Part shown: one piece after another, positions 37,624 to 47,950 of the stretch
Layout of the letters: every line of letters starts with the position of its first letter
Numbering within the stretch: position 1 is the stretch's first letter
DNA from: Monocercomonoides exilis PA203
Taxonomy: Eukaryota > Protista > Preaxostyla
Assembly: GCA_001643675.2 (NCBI GenBank)
Contig: LSRY02000051.1
Coordinates: forward strand, 1 to 64,000
Direction: 5' to 3'
DNA length: 64,000 nucleotides
Program-made: the position numbers and the translations under genes
Notes under the pieces: generated by a model
The model's input: only the letters and a program-made list of their open reading frames with translations
The model's database searches: none
Told to the model about the DNA's origin: nothing

Positions 37624-40125
37624 TCAATTCTTCTCTCCTCCTTTCTCTTTCTCAGGTGCAGAGTTCAAGTTTCCCAATTGTGGATGATCCGTCTTAAATT
37701 GTTCATATTTTGTCATGGATTTTGAATAGTCACTCATTGATCTATCTTTCGTGATGTGTCGTATTCTATCTCTGCAAGAGTTTGCAGTTCTTTCGAATAA
37801 TTGCTGACTTGCAGTTTTGAAATCTCCAGACTGCAAAAAACTTTTCATCAGTATCCGATCTTCTTCTGCTGTCCATCTGCGTCTTGATTTTGTTCCAAGT
37901 ATCTTGTTGATGGGTCTATTCTCTCTAAGTGGAACTTTTTCTTTTGGTCTATGAAATTTGAGTTTCGTGCTTCCATTCAAATACTCTTGTATTCCTGCTA
38001 AATATAAACGTACTGCTTCCACAACATTTTTATTCTTCTTCAGTTTCTGTAATAAATCGATTCTAGCTTGCTTCATGAATGTGTTTCCCTTTTCACACTT
38101 AACATTATGATTATTCAAATACGATGAAGCAGCCAACCGATTCAATCGGATTACGCAATTATATGGATAAAAGAACTCACTGCACGTGGCTTTTATTATT
38201 TCGAGAACATAAAAGTCAAATGCAAGTATAATTGATTCCTCCTTCCAAATTGGCTCATTTAATTTGATGTTGTGATATATTGCAGGACTTGTTAAAGTCA
38301 TATCATAGTAATCATCGGATTCAATTGCTTCATCCTGGAATCCAAGCCTATTACCAATTATTACAGCCTTCTCAGTCTCTTTCACATATTCCCACTGGGA
38401 TTTTGAAATGAAGGCCCAATTACCTACAAAAGCTGTCGCCTCAAGCACCTGTTTCCTTTTTTCCTGGTTTTCCCCTGCTTTTAGCAAAGCTGAGCAAATA
38501 AAACCCGACCTAAAGGAATGAAAGCCAAACAGGTTATCAGGATAACCTGCTTGGACAGCTCTTTTTTTCAGTCGAACTCTCATTGCACCCTTTCTAAGTT
38601 GCCAGATAAATTGCTCCTCCAACTCCTTAAGCTCCCATTTGTCAAAATTGGTTAGGGAGAGTCCAAACTCCTCCACCAAATACTGCTCCAGCCACCATAT
38701 TACGTTAAGTTGATGCTTTTCGTTAATTGCTCCTTCCACCGTAACACAGTGATTGTCACCATTCCACCCTTTCCCACACTCAAGATTAAACGTAACTTTG
38801 ATAAAATTTGAGTTGGGAGGAGAGTAAACTCGGATGATATCCTTCAATCTTATATGAGCACATGTTTGTGCTCTCGCTCCCGTTGAAAGAGCAAACAAGA
38901 ACAAGGAAGCCTCTTGGGGCTTCTCAACTATCCAGTCGGGATAGCATTCTAAAATACGTTGCAAATCTGATACGATGAGAGGCTGTTTTTTCCATTTATT
39001 TTCATTCTCCTCTCTCATTTTTGGCAAAGGCAATCCTTTCTTCTTTCTTTTTCTGATCCATGTTTTGATTTCCATTAATGCTCGATGAACTTTCATTCTG
39101 ACTTTATCCTTCACAGGTTTTCCAGTTTTTGTCTCAGATATATTGAAAAGAGATGATCGAATGCCATTCTTTATTGTTTCAACAGAATAACCGACTGCAG
39201 TTCCAAGCAACTTCATAAATCCATACACAGGTTTTGCCTTCAATGGGAAAGGTTCCTTCTTTGCCATTTTGCAATAATCAATGAACATTCCACAAACCCA
39301 TTTGTGTGTTTTAACAGTTTCGTCACAGAATGGTAAACCCTTCTCCACATATGGTTGTAACTCTTCTCTTGAATAGGATCTCAACATATCTGAAAACTTT
39401 GTAGGAGAATCATAAGCATATCTTTGTGTTGTCAATGCAGGGTTTGTTGAAGGTGATGAAGAATTGTCTGGAAGAATATCTAACATTGTTGCATTAATAT
39501 TTCCATATAAGTCTTTGAAATCAAGAGCGAATGCATCTTTTGATTCAAATGAAACTTTTTCAGATATCGCCTTTTCCTTTTTCTCCAATTCATCCAATTT
39601 TTCAGAAATAATTGACAAATTCTTATCATTGACAAGAACTGAGACCTTTCTTCTTTTGGATGATTGCATTGCGGACCAAATTGAAGATTTTCTATCTTTG
39701 TGCCTAATTTTTGAAGGATGGCAATCACAATATTGAAAATCACAATTTGTTTCTGTTGATTCGGAATCTTTCATTTCATCATCGTCTGTGTTTTCTTTTG
39801 TTGATAGAGAAGATGAAAACTCTTCATAGCATGAATTGGCATTTTCCATGTCTGTTTGGCAATCATAAGTGTTATCATCTGTATCAGTTTGAGAATCTTC
39901 AAAAGATGACTTTATAAGAGAAGGAAGTTTTTTCATAAAATCAATCTTTGATTTCCTTTGAGTTGTGCTGCAGTCGACTTCAAAGCATTCATTATCTTCC
40001 AACGAAATATTTTCTTCGTTTTGACTGTCAGGTTTTGTCTTTAAATTTTCTTCAAGAATTTTCTCTCTTTTTTCGCTCTTCTTTTCAATTTTATTCGAAA
40101 TAAACTCGGTTCCATCTTCTTCCAT
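37624..40125 (-). CDS. Tyrosine recombinase (phage-integrase fold, Cre/DIRS/Crypton-like) fused to a C-terminal Myb/SANT domain; 833 aa from first ATG, probably longer
   Basis: Motifs in order: FLFALSTGARAQT (Arg I), ECGKG (candidate Lys), FGFHSFRSGF (HxxR), VGNW (Trp), SQWEY (Tyr). Upstream segment TVKTHKWVCGMFIDYC...PFPL...VYGFMKLL...YSVETIK resembles the helical core-binding domain. C-terminal SRRRWTAEEDRILMK...FERTANSCRDRIRHI is a Myb repeat. Confidence 0.92.
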   Translation of the reverse strand: MEEDGTEFISNKIEKKSEKREKILEENLKTKPDSQNEENISLEDNECFEVDCSTTQRKSKIDFMKKLPSLIKSSFEDSQTDTDDNTYDCQTDMENANSCYEEFSSSLSTKENTDDDEMKDSESTETNCDFQYCDCHPSKIRHKDRKSSIWSAMQSSKRRKVSVLVNDKNLSIISEKLDELEKKEKAISEKVSFESKDAFALDFKDLYGNINATMLDILPDNSSSPSTNPALTTQRYAYDSPTKFSDMLRSYSREELQPYVEKGLPFCDETVKTHKWVCGMFIDYCKMAKKEPFPLKAKPVYGFMKLLGTAVGYSVETIKNGIRSSLFNISETKTGKPVKDKVRMKVHRALMEIKTWIRKRKKKGLPLPKMREENENKWKKQPLIVSDLQRILECYPDWIVEKPQEASLFLFALSTGARAQTCAHIRLKDIIRVYSPPNSNFIKVTFNLECGKGWNGDNHCVTVEGAINEKHQLNVIWWLEQYLVEEFGLSLTNFDKWELKELEEQFIWQLRKGAMRVRLKKRAVQAGYPDNLFGFHSFRSGFICSALLKAGENQEKRKQVLEATAFVGNWAFISKSQWEYVKETEKAVIIGNRLGFQDEAIESDDYYDMTLTSPAIYHNIKLNEPIWKEESIILAFDFYVLEIIKATCSEFFYPYNCVIRLNRLAASSYLNNHNVKCEKGNTFMKQARIDLLQKLKKNKNVVEAVRLYLAGIQEYLNGSTKLKFHRPKEKVPLRENRPINKILGTKSRRRWTAEEDRILMKSFLQSGDFKTASQQLFERTANSCRDRIRHITKDRSMSDYSKSMTKYEQFKTDHPQLGNLNSAPEKEKGGEKN

Positions 40126-41163
40126 GAATATTCTTTCAAAAGTGTCACAACAAATGTTGCTCGTTGAAATCGAACAAGATGCAGAAGCCGAAGCTGAATT
40201 TCTTTGATTGCATATCGATTCTGTAAATGGATTTTCTGAGATTTCTGAGAAAACATTATCTTTTTCTTTTTTTGAAAAGTTAAAGAATGAGATTAACTTA
40301 GATTTAAACGCAAACCATTTTCTGAGGAATTTGATTTCTTTTCTGAATATTTCGCTCTTCTGTGTTTTCTTTTTTTATTGCTTGTTCTTTTCTTCTCATT
40401 CTGCTCATGTGCAGTTTGAGAAGATGGGTGCGATTTCTTCAAATTGAATTCCTGTTTTTCCTCTGCCTTATTCTGTTTCGCGTTTGTGCAAGTATCGTCT
40501 GAAGATTCCATGTGTTCCAAACATTTCTTGTCCAAATTTTCTTTTCGGGATATAAAAAGAGGTCTCGGATATGGAGATTTATGTTGATAATCTCGAAGGT
40601 GATCTAATGAAGGTTGTGGTGAAAGATTTTTTAACAGCGTTGAATAATAATCCACAGAAGGAATTTCATCTTCTTTCATGAAATTTAGAAGCCAGTTTGA
40701 AATTGAATCTGAATAAGGCTTTTTTCTCTATTTCTTTTTCATTGGACACTGCTTCTTCTTTTTCTTGATCATGTTGTTTTTTATAAGCCAACCTTGGGCA
40801 ATAAAACATTGGTGTCGAAATTACAGATTCGTATTCTTGTGTAGTTGAAGCCAGATGCAATGGAGAGCTCGGACAAGGAATTGAAGAAGAAGATGAAGGA
40901 GAAAATGGAGGTGAAAAAGAGTGAGAATATGATGATCGCGGTGATGGAGAATGAGAAGGAGAATGATGAAAATAAACTGGAGAGAATGGCGGAGGAGAAA
41001 AAAAACCAGGTTGTGAAGGGGAAAGAATTGCATCGGATGTTGTTTCATCACTTTCATCGCTGTCGCTGCTGTCATCTTCCGAAGAAAATGTTTCTTTCTG
41101 AATTTTCCTGATTTTTTCTATTATTGAAGTTGATAATAAAATTAATATTATAATTTTAAACAT
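40126..41163 (-). CDS. Probable low-complexity N-terminal extension of the YR-Myb gene, split by two frameshifts (ORFs 40666..41163 and 40293..40679)
   Basis: The YR frame stays open upstream of its ATG to 40374 (KKKTQKSEIFRKEIKF...DTFERIF-M). It overlaps ORF 40293..40679 at an A-run, which in turn overlaps ORF 40666..41163. Composition is S/P/E/K-rich throughout. Confidence 0.55.
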
Positions 41164-41975
41164 TAAATCAAATACAAACTTCCGATTTTTGTATTCTTAT
41201 GACTGTAATCCAGAAGCAATTCAGAATTAGTTTACAAATCATTAGAATATGAAGTGCATACGTATTAATGCGATAGGCTTGAAAGCTTTGCATTCAAATT
41301 GTTTGCTCAGTAATAAAAAATATTCTTTTCTTTATTAATATTTTTGATCAAATCACAATATTCATATTTTTTGTGAACAATTAGAAAATTTTAATATTGA
41401 AATCATGCAAATAATTATTCGCTATAAAGTTATTTATTATAGTCAATTGGAATTATCTTCCAAGTCAGTTTTTCAGAGCAAAGAAAAAGTTCATAAGTTC
41501 AAAATAATTGTTCATTGTTGTTTATAGACTTTTTAATTGAAAAAAGAACCTGCCAAACAGCTATAAAATTTATACAAATCAGATGATTCTGTTGAATTGA
41601 AATGTTAAAAGGCTCACTGTTAATGGATATCAATAACTTTGCTTTTATTTTCAATTTTCATATGCATATAAGAAAAAGAAACAATCAATAGTCAATAATG
41701 TTTTTTATTAAAAACGACTTCACACCCGCTTAAAACACTGAAACACTGATATTGATAAGTGTACGTAAACCAGTCAATTAAAACCTTTTCTGTTGAAAAA
41801 ATTTAAATACATTATGATCAAACTTTATTATAAAAATGATATTTAAAAAATCATAAATCTCTCTATGATTTGTATTTTACTCCAAATATACCGGTTCAAA
41901 AAATGAGCAAATTTTGTTAATCAATATTTTGCTACGATCTGGATCGTCAGATCAAAAATTTAATCAAAAAAAACG

Positions 41976-41995
41976 TAACCCTAACCTAACCCTAA
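41976..41995 (-). repeat. Short interstitial telomeric seed (taaccctaacctaaccctaa)
   Basis: About 3.5 telomeric units in otherwise very AT-rich intergenic DNA, ~20 bp upstream of ORF 42017 and ~0.8 kb upstream of the extended YR-Myb gene. Confidence 0.85.
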
Positions 41996-42016
41996 TCAAA
42001 TTCAAAGCATGTTTTA

Positions 42017-42520
42017 ATGAAACGAAAGAATAACAAAAAATACAAGTCGAAAAAAGACAACACGGAGAGAATGGGAAAGATTGAAATCAACAGAAGAAAA
42101 ATCAAATTCAATGAGCAAAGAGGTTACATTCGCCTTTTCGATTACACTAACTTGCTAAGAAAAAAAGAAAGGCTTACGAATTCACATGTGAAAATAGCTG
42201 CAGATATAAAAGCCAATGCCTATTTCAGACAAACGATTTCACAGCCATATGTGCAAACCAAACAGAAACAGAGATTGATGATAACGATTGTGAACATTGT
42301 AATGACAACGATATGGACATCAATTTGAAATTGATAGGCAATGATGAGACAGAAAATTGTGAAAGTGACGATGATCTTGATCAGAAGTATAATGAAAAAA
42401 GTAATTCTGAGCCCAGTGATGAATGCAAATGCCCAGTATATCACACAAGAAGCATTCGAATTCAAAAATAATCCAATATCTATCAAAATGATTTTGAATC
42501 ATCTGATGATGACATTTAAT
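42017..42520 (+). pseudogene. Decayed hypothetical gene (basic N-terminus followed by a frameshifted acidic stretch)
   Basis: ATG-initiated K/R-rich ORF 42017..42328; an alternative frame continues as D/E/N/C-rich protein-like sequence (DDNDCEHCNDNDMD...) interrupted by stops. Confidence 0.35.
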
Positions 42521-43899
42521 AAATAAAAGTTGTCCAAGAAGACTGCAACAACAATATATCATCTTCACAAGATATTAGAGATTACCAACAAATAAAATCA
42601 TTAAGCATTGAAGCTATGTTCATTGACAGAAATCGTTATCATCCAGAATTCATTAAACAGTTATTTATAGAAATAAATGTTAGTGTGCTCTTCACAATAT
42701 TGTTTATTTATGATAAAAAATTTTCTCTTTTTTCTTCAAGAGTTTCTTCTCCTTTTCTCAATTATCCCATGTGAATATTTTATATACATTGTCACAGATG
42801 CTTCTGTCAGTTCAATAAAGTGCAAATGGAAGACCAAAAAAACAAGATAAGAAACGACTGAAAATGAAAACATTTCACACGGATCAATATAGGAAATGCC
42901 AAGAACAAGTTTTGAAAACGTCATTTGAAGAAAATTTGTTGTTGCATTGAATATTTGTCAAGATCACAAAATATATTCAGTGAATGAAATTTCAACTTTT
43001 TAAGATACTTGTTTTTCATTTAATTTTATACGAATTACATTAGACAAAAATTGTGGCAATTACTGAATGATTGAACAATACAGATGATGAAAAAAATGTT
43101 GAAATAAGTATGTCAATAACATATCGAAGAAGAAAATTGTTATGTTGTTGATGATTTGAAGAATAAACTGATGAAATAAAAGATTGCACAAAAGAACATT
43201 ATGAAAAAGAAAAAGCGTGCTCAATTAACACCAAAGAATAGCTTTTCACTGAAGATGGAAAAAAATAATAAGAGAAGTCTATGCTTCCATACAAAAAGAC
43301 CAGAAGATCAAGATGAAATGATTATTTATGGAAAAAATAGGAATTTGGAGCTCCGGAAAATGAAGATTGGAAACTTCAAAAAAAAGTGAAACTCACCAAG
43401 AGAGATAAAAAATTGTATGAAAAATGCTGAAGAATACTGGAAGATGAAAAGATAGCTGTTAATTGGAAAAGGAAGCAGTTAGAAAAGTCAAAATGATAAT
43501 GGCACCTGCTTTTGATTGAATTATCAATTGGAAGAACTGAAGAAATGAAAAAAAAAAAGAACTATGTTGTTAGTTCGATATGAAAAGCGATTTCAAAGAG
43601 AATGGCAAAGTTGCAGGAGGAGAAAAAGCAGATTGCAAACTTGAAATGAAAGGAGATTGGATGGAAAATAACAAAGATGAAGTTGAGTATGAAGAAATCT
43701 CATTGATAGAATCTTCAATCTTCTTTTAACAATTGCTTTCATAATTATCACTCAACTTTTCTTTTTCTTTTTCTTTTTCTTCATCATTCACCTTCTCTTC
43801 CACTTCCTCCATCTTCTTCTTCTTCTTCTCTTAATGGATTCACTGTTGTCGCTGCCGCTGTTTGTATTCGACTTAAAGACATTTCCAATGCTGCTGAAA

Positions 43900-44220
43900 T
43901 GGAAGAAGAAAAAGAAGAATAAGAAGATAATTCGAAGATACAAAACTTTGAGAATAGGAAGAGACATTTATTTGAAAAAAAAATGATTTTATGAAAGAAA
44001 AAATATTGAAAGAAGAAAAATGAGGAAATTAGAAAATGAAAAAATGAAGAAATAAGAAAGAAGAAAAAAAGAAAAAAAAAGAAAGAAAAGAAAAAAAGAA
44101 AGAAAAGAAAAAAAGAAAGAAGAAAGAAGAAGATAGAAGAAGATAGAGGAAGATAGAAGAAGATAGAAGAAGAGGAGGAGGAGGAAGAAGCAGAAGAAGA
44201 ATCATTCAAAAATAGAAGAA
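43900..44220 (+). repeat. Purine-rich (GAA/AAAAG) low-complexity tract
   Basis: Nearly pure A/G sequence including gaagatagaagaagatagag repeats. Confidence 0.8.
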
Positions 44221-46237
44221 CCAAAGCCCCCACCCACACACACGCCAGTGTGGAGCAGCGAGTTTGTCGAGTAAGAGCTCCACAGACGAGTCAAAGTTCC
44301 ATTCGCAGTTGCAGTTCCAGTTGCAGATGCATTTGCAGTGGCGGCTGTGTCTGTGCCTTCTGGAAAAACACCGACATCAACATCAATGCCAGTGCTAATG
44401 CCAGGCGGAGGAGAGAAAGAGAGGGATATCATTAACTGTGCGCAAGCGGGAGCGGTTCAGGCTTATGTTCTCACTCAGATAAAAGCAATTATCTGAAGTT
44501 AACTCTCGACCTCTTTCTCTCTCTTTTTCTCCTTCTTTGGTTAATTCCTTATTCACTTAATCGTCCTTTTCAGTAACAGCATCTGTTAGAACATTATCTG
44601 TAAGAGAATCTGCAATAGTAGCTGTGTCTGAACTGACTGTTAATGCTCCCTGTGTATGCCTCGCTACTCCACTCAGCCCTATCAGCCCAGCAATACCGGC
44701 AAGCGACGGGTAGAAGGAAGAGGCATCTGAACGCACCGAATGTATTGAATGCACTGAATGCACCGAATCCAGAGAAGATGCAAGTGTGTTTGGGGAAGAT
44801 GAGGACAACGGATGAGGCAGAGAAGCGCTCAGAGAAAGAGACAGGGAGGAAGGCGCGATGGGGCCAGAAAAGCTGTGCTGAGGCTGCAGATGCTGCGTTG
44901 CTCTATTATATGATGCCAAAGGGGATGAAGAGATCGGAGGTCTTTCAAACGGGTCAGAGAATACGAGGGAAGGCGGGTTTGGCCCATCGCCCATAACGTC
45001 CTGCAAAGAGAGCAGATCAGTCTCAGTGAATGTGCTATAATGTGCAGCTGTCCCTCTCTCCTGCTTCACCGAGTCGAACAAGGAGGCAGAGAAAGAGCGG
45101 GGCTTAGGGAGTGATAATTAAGGGAACGGGAGGATGATGTCGGAAGGTCTGATGGCTGAGGAGTTGGCAGAGAAAGTGCCAGCGCTGCTGCTGTTGACAT
45201 GGGTGAAGGCGCTGAGGGAGGAGCAGCGGGGAGAGGAGAAGGAGAAGGGGTCAAAAGAGTCAGGAAGCGCTCCTTCGGAGAAGTTGTTCTGGGAGCCGTC
45301 CAGAGGGGAGGAGGGATAAGGGAGCATGGGGGAGAGAGGTGTGTTATTATTGTTGTTATGATTCATGAAATTATTATTATTGTTGTTATTATTGATACCA
45401 ATGATGCTTTCATTGAGTTAATTGCTGTTGTCCCTGGTAAGTGAGAACAGATCATCAGCTGCCTCTTCCCCAACAGAATATGTCACTGACTGATGCTTAT
45501 TCAAATACTCTCTATCTTCCTCCTCCTCTTCTTCTTCATTCAACGAGCGATTCGTTAGAGATCCTCCAATGCTAATCTCTGAAGCAATAACTGTTGATAT
45601 ACCAACTTTATTGTATATGCTATTGTCTATACTGTTGACTATTCCATCTCCTGTGCCTGTGATTGTGCCTATTCCAGATAGAGATGTAGAAAGCGAGCGA
45701 GAGCTGGGCTTCGAGCTGTCCATGACGGAGCGGCAGGAGGAGTGGAAGGAGCTGAACAAGGTGTGGCGGGAGGAAGACAAAGAGAACATATCGTCTTCGT
45801 CTATGGTCGTGGCGAGGTGATGATGGGATTTCTGGGTGAGTTTGTGCCATTATCATTATCATTGTCATTATTGTTATCATTGATTTCATTGTTGTCATCA
45901 TCGTCATTGTTGTAATTGTTGTTTGTCTTGCTGAAACAGCAAGCACTGCTGCGCCTGAAAAGGAGGAGAAAGAGGAAGAAAAAGGAAATGAAGAAATAGA
46001 AGAAGACGAAGAAGATGAGGAAGAAGAGGACGACGACGAAGAAGATAACCCCACAACAGTATATCTTCTGGCGAATGTGTCTGAGGCTAGGCGATGAGAT
46101 AGCACATCAATAGACATTCCACGAGGTGCTTCGAGTGCTGTCTTGATGTCTGTCTGAACTGAGTTCTTCCGGTCAATTCGACAGAAAATGGCATCTTTTT
46201 CTTCTTTTTCTTTTTCTTCTTCTTCTTCTGTTAGCAA
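44202..46237 (-). pseudogene. Decayed Ser-rich low-complexity protein gene
   Basis: ORFs 45418..45789, 45118..45366 and 44557..45081 are in the same frame separated by single TAA stops, with protein-like sequence between them. Neighbouring ORFs 45620..46237 and 44202..44432 join by frameshifts. Confidence 0.6.
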
Positions 46238-46439
46238 TATATATTTCTCTCGCCATCCCCTCTACAAATATTTCATTCCCCCTCCGCCCTCTTCATCTAT
46301 TCATGATAAGCACTCAAAAATGAATGAAATAACTTCTTCTCTTTCATCTTCTCTTTCTTCTTCCTCTTCTTCTCTTTCTTCTTCCTCTTCTTCTCTTTCT
46401 TCTACTTCCGCAGCTGCCTCTTTCTCTGCAAGTGCATCG

Positions 46440-47950
46440 TCGTCTGAGAACAAGCAGCGTGTCTCGTCTGCTGCTGTTGTGCTGAGAGACGGACGGTGGG
46501 GCACACTCACATCGAATGTACTCACAAAAGCCAGACTGGATGTGGCTGAGATGAGCGACTCGAAAACCAAATTGCAATTTTGCTGCGTTTCTGGCTGACT
46601 GCGGAGCGTCTGCGAGGAACATTCTTTAGGTGGATTAGAACATTCTGAGCATCATTCGCTGCGGAGGCAGCGACCAAGCACATCAACAGCAGCAACAACA
46701 ACAGCAGCAGCAAAAGAGAAGTCAGCCGATTGTTGTGGATGTGCCGCTGAACTGGCCTATCTTCAGCTGCAGAGCCCACTTCCCAGCAGCTGCAGTGTCT
46801 GCCACTAGAGAAGTGCGTGTGAATGTGATGATTACAAGCCACGTGTCCATTCCGCTGGAGTTTGAGACTGTGACGCTTCTGTTCAACCACTCATCACTCA
46901 GCACAACACTCACAAACGAGCAGCTGGTTGAGCATTCTGTTTTGTACCAGCACTTGCAGCAAGAGAAAAGTTAAAGGAAAAGAAGAAGAGGATAGTGAGT
47001 GTGAAGGTGAAGACAGCAAAGGAAATGAAACCGGAAATGAAGTGTCTCATCACAGTGAGTCTGAGAATTCAATTAATAATTCATCTTCGTCTGATGATTC
47101 AATTGTTCAGTCTTCTCATTCCTCGTCTTCTGGATTTGTACTTCGAGATGCTTTGAAAGCACTCACAGAACAGTCTCTTTGAACACAATTCAATCAGAAC
47201 TGGACTTCTCTTATGGACTCTTATCAACTGAGATCGCCTCATAAATTATCGTCTTTATCATCAGAAACAACAGCTTCTTCCAAATCTTCTTCAAAAGCAT
47301 CAAAAGCTTCTTCTTCCAAGTCTTCTTCTGAGAGTGCTTCATCTTCGCCTTCGCCTTCATCCATTATTTCTCAAACTGATTCTCTTCTTCCACCTCCCGA
47401 TGTGCCTGCTCCTCCACACCTCATCTTTGAGAAGTAGTATCCTTTGGCCTTTTCTCTCTCCTTCACTCCACCTGCATCGATGACACACTCCTCCATCTCT
47501 CTCATAGACATCCTCCTTTCTTTCCCCCATCGCAATCCAAACGAACTGCCTGTCTCTTTTTCTCTTCTGTTGTTTCTTGCTGTGTCGCTTGACGATGACG
47601 AAGAGAGTGTGATTACATCGCTGACTCATGTTGATGATGAAAGTGATGACAACACCAACAGAAATCAAATAAATCAGAAGTGAATGTCAAACAATTCAAT
47701 ATCTTTTCTTGTTGAGAATCTTCTGCATCGACCTTGTCTTCTCCGCTGGGCAAGGCGTATTCAGCAGTTCTCTCCACACAGCCGACAATCGCTGTTTGTG
47801 CTGCAGCCACTGGAGCCTGTGATGCTGAGTGCTGTTCATTCGACGCCTGCACTTGTGAATTAAGTGTGTGCAGTGTGTGTGCTTGTGAAGAGCAGAGGAG
47901 AAGGCGCAGAGGATGTGAGGCTGTGGATCAAATGGGATGGATATGAGGAG
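46440..47950 (+). pseudogene. Fragmented gene, TRAPPC11 (foie gras)-like internal segment
   Basis: VLRDGRWGTLTSNVLTKARLDVAEMSD and VDVPLNWPIFSCRAHF...VRVNVMITSHVSIPLEFETVTLLFN resemble, in order, two TRAPPC11 segments as I remember them (YRxEGWWTLLTSVL; PFVQCKAKF...PHPIRFSKLCVSFN). Interrupted by stops and frameshifts; no 5' part is visible. Confidence 0.5.

Noticed and set aside
37624-40125. Protelomerase/telomere resolvase or DIRS retrotransposon
   Set aside because: The motif pattern is HxxR..W..Y of Cre/Crypton/DIRS-type YRs, the chromosome end is a telomerase-type repeat, and no RT, RNase H or gag ORF is visible in the window.
44557-45789. TAA read as Gln (non-standard code, known in some oxymonads) suggested by three in-frame TAA codons
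   Set aside because: The 2007-aa and 833-aa ORFs contain no in-frame TAA/TAG despite many Gln codons, and TAA ends the 4004..4669 frame before a T-rich UTR. Pseudogene decay is the simpler explanation.
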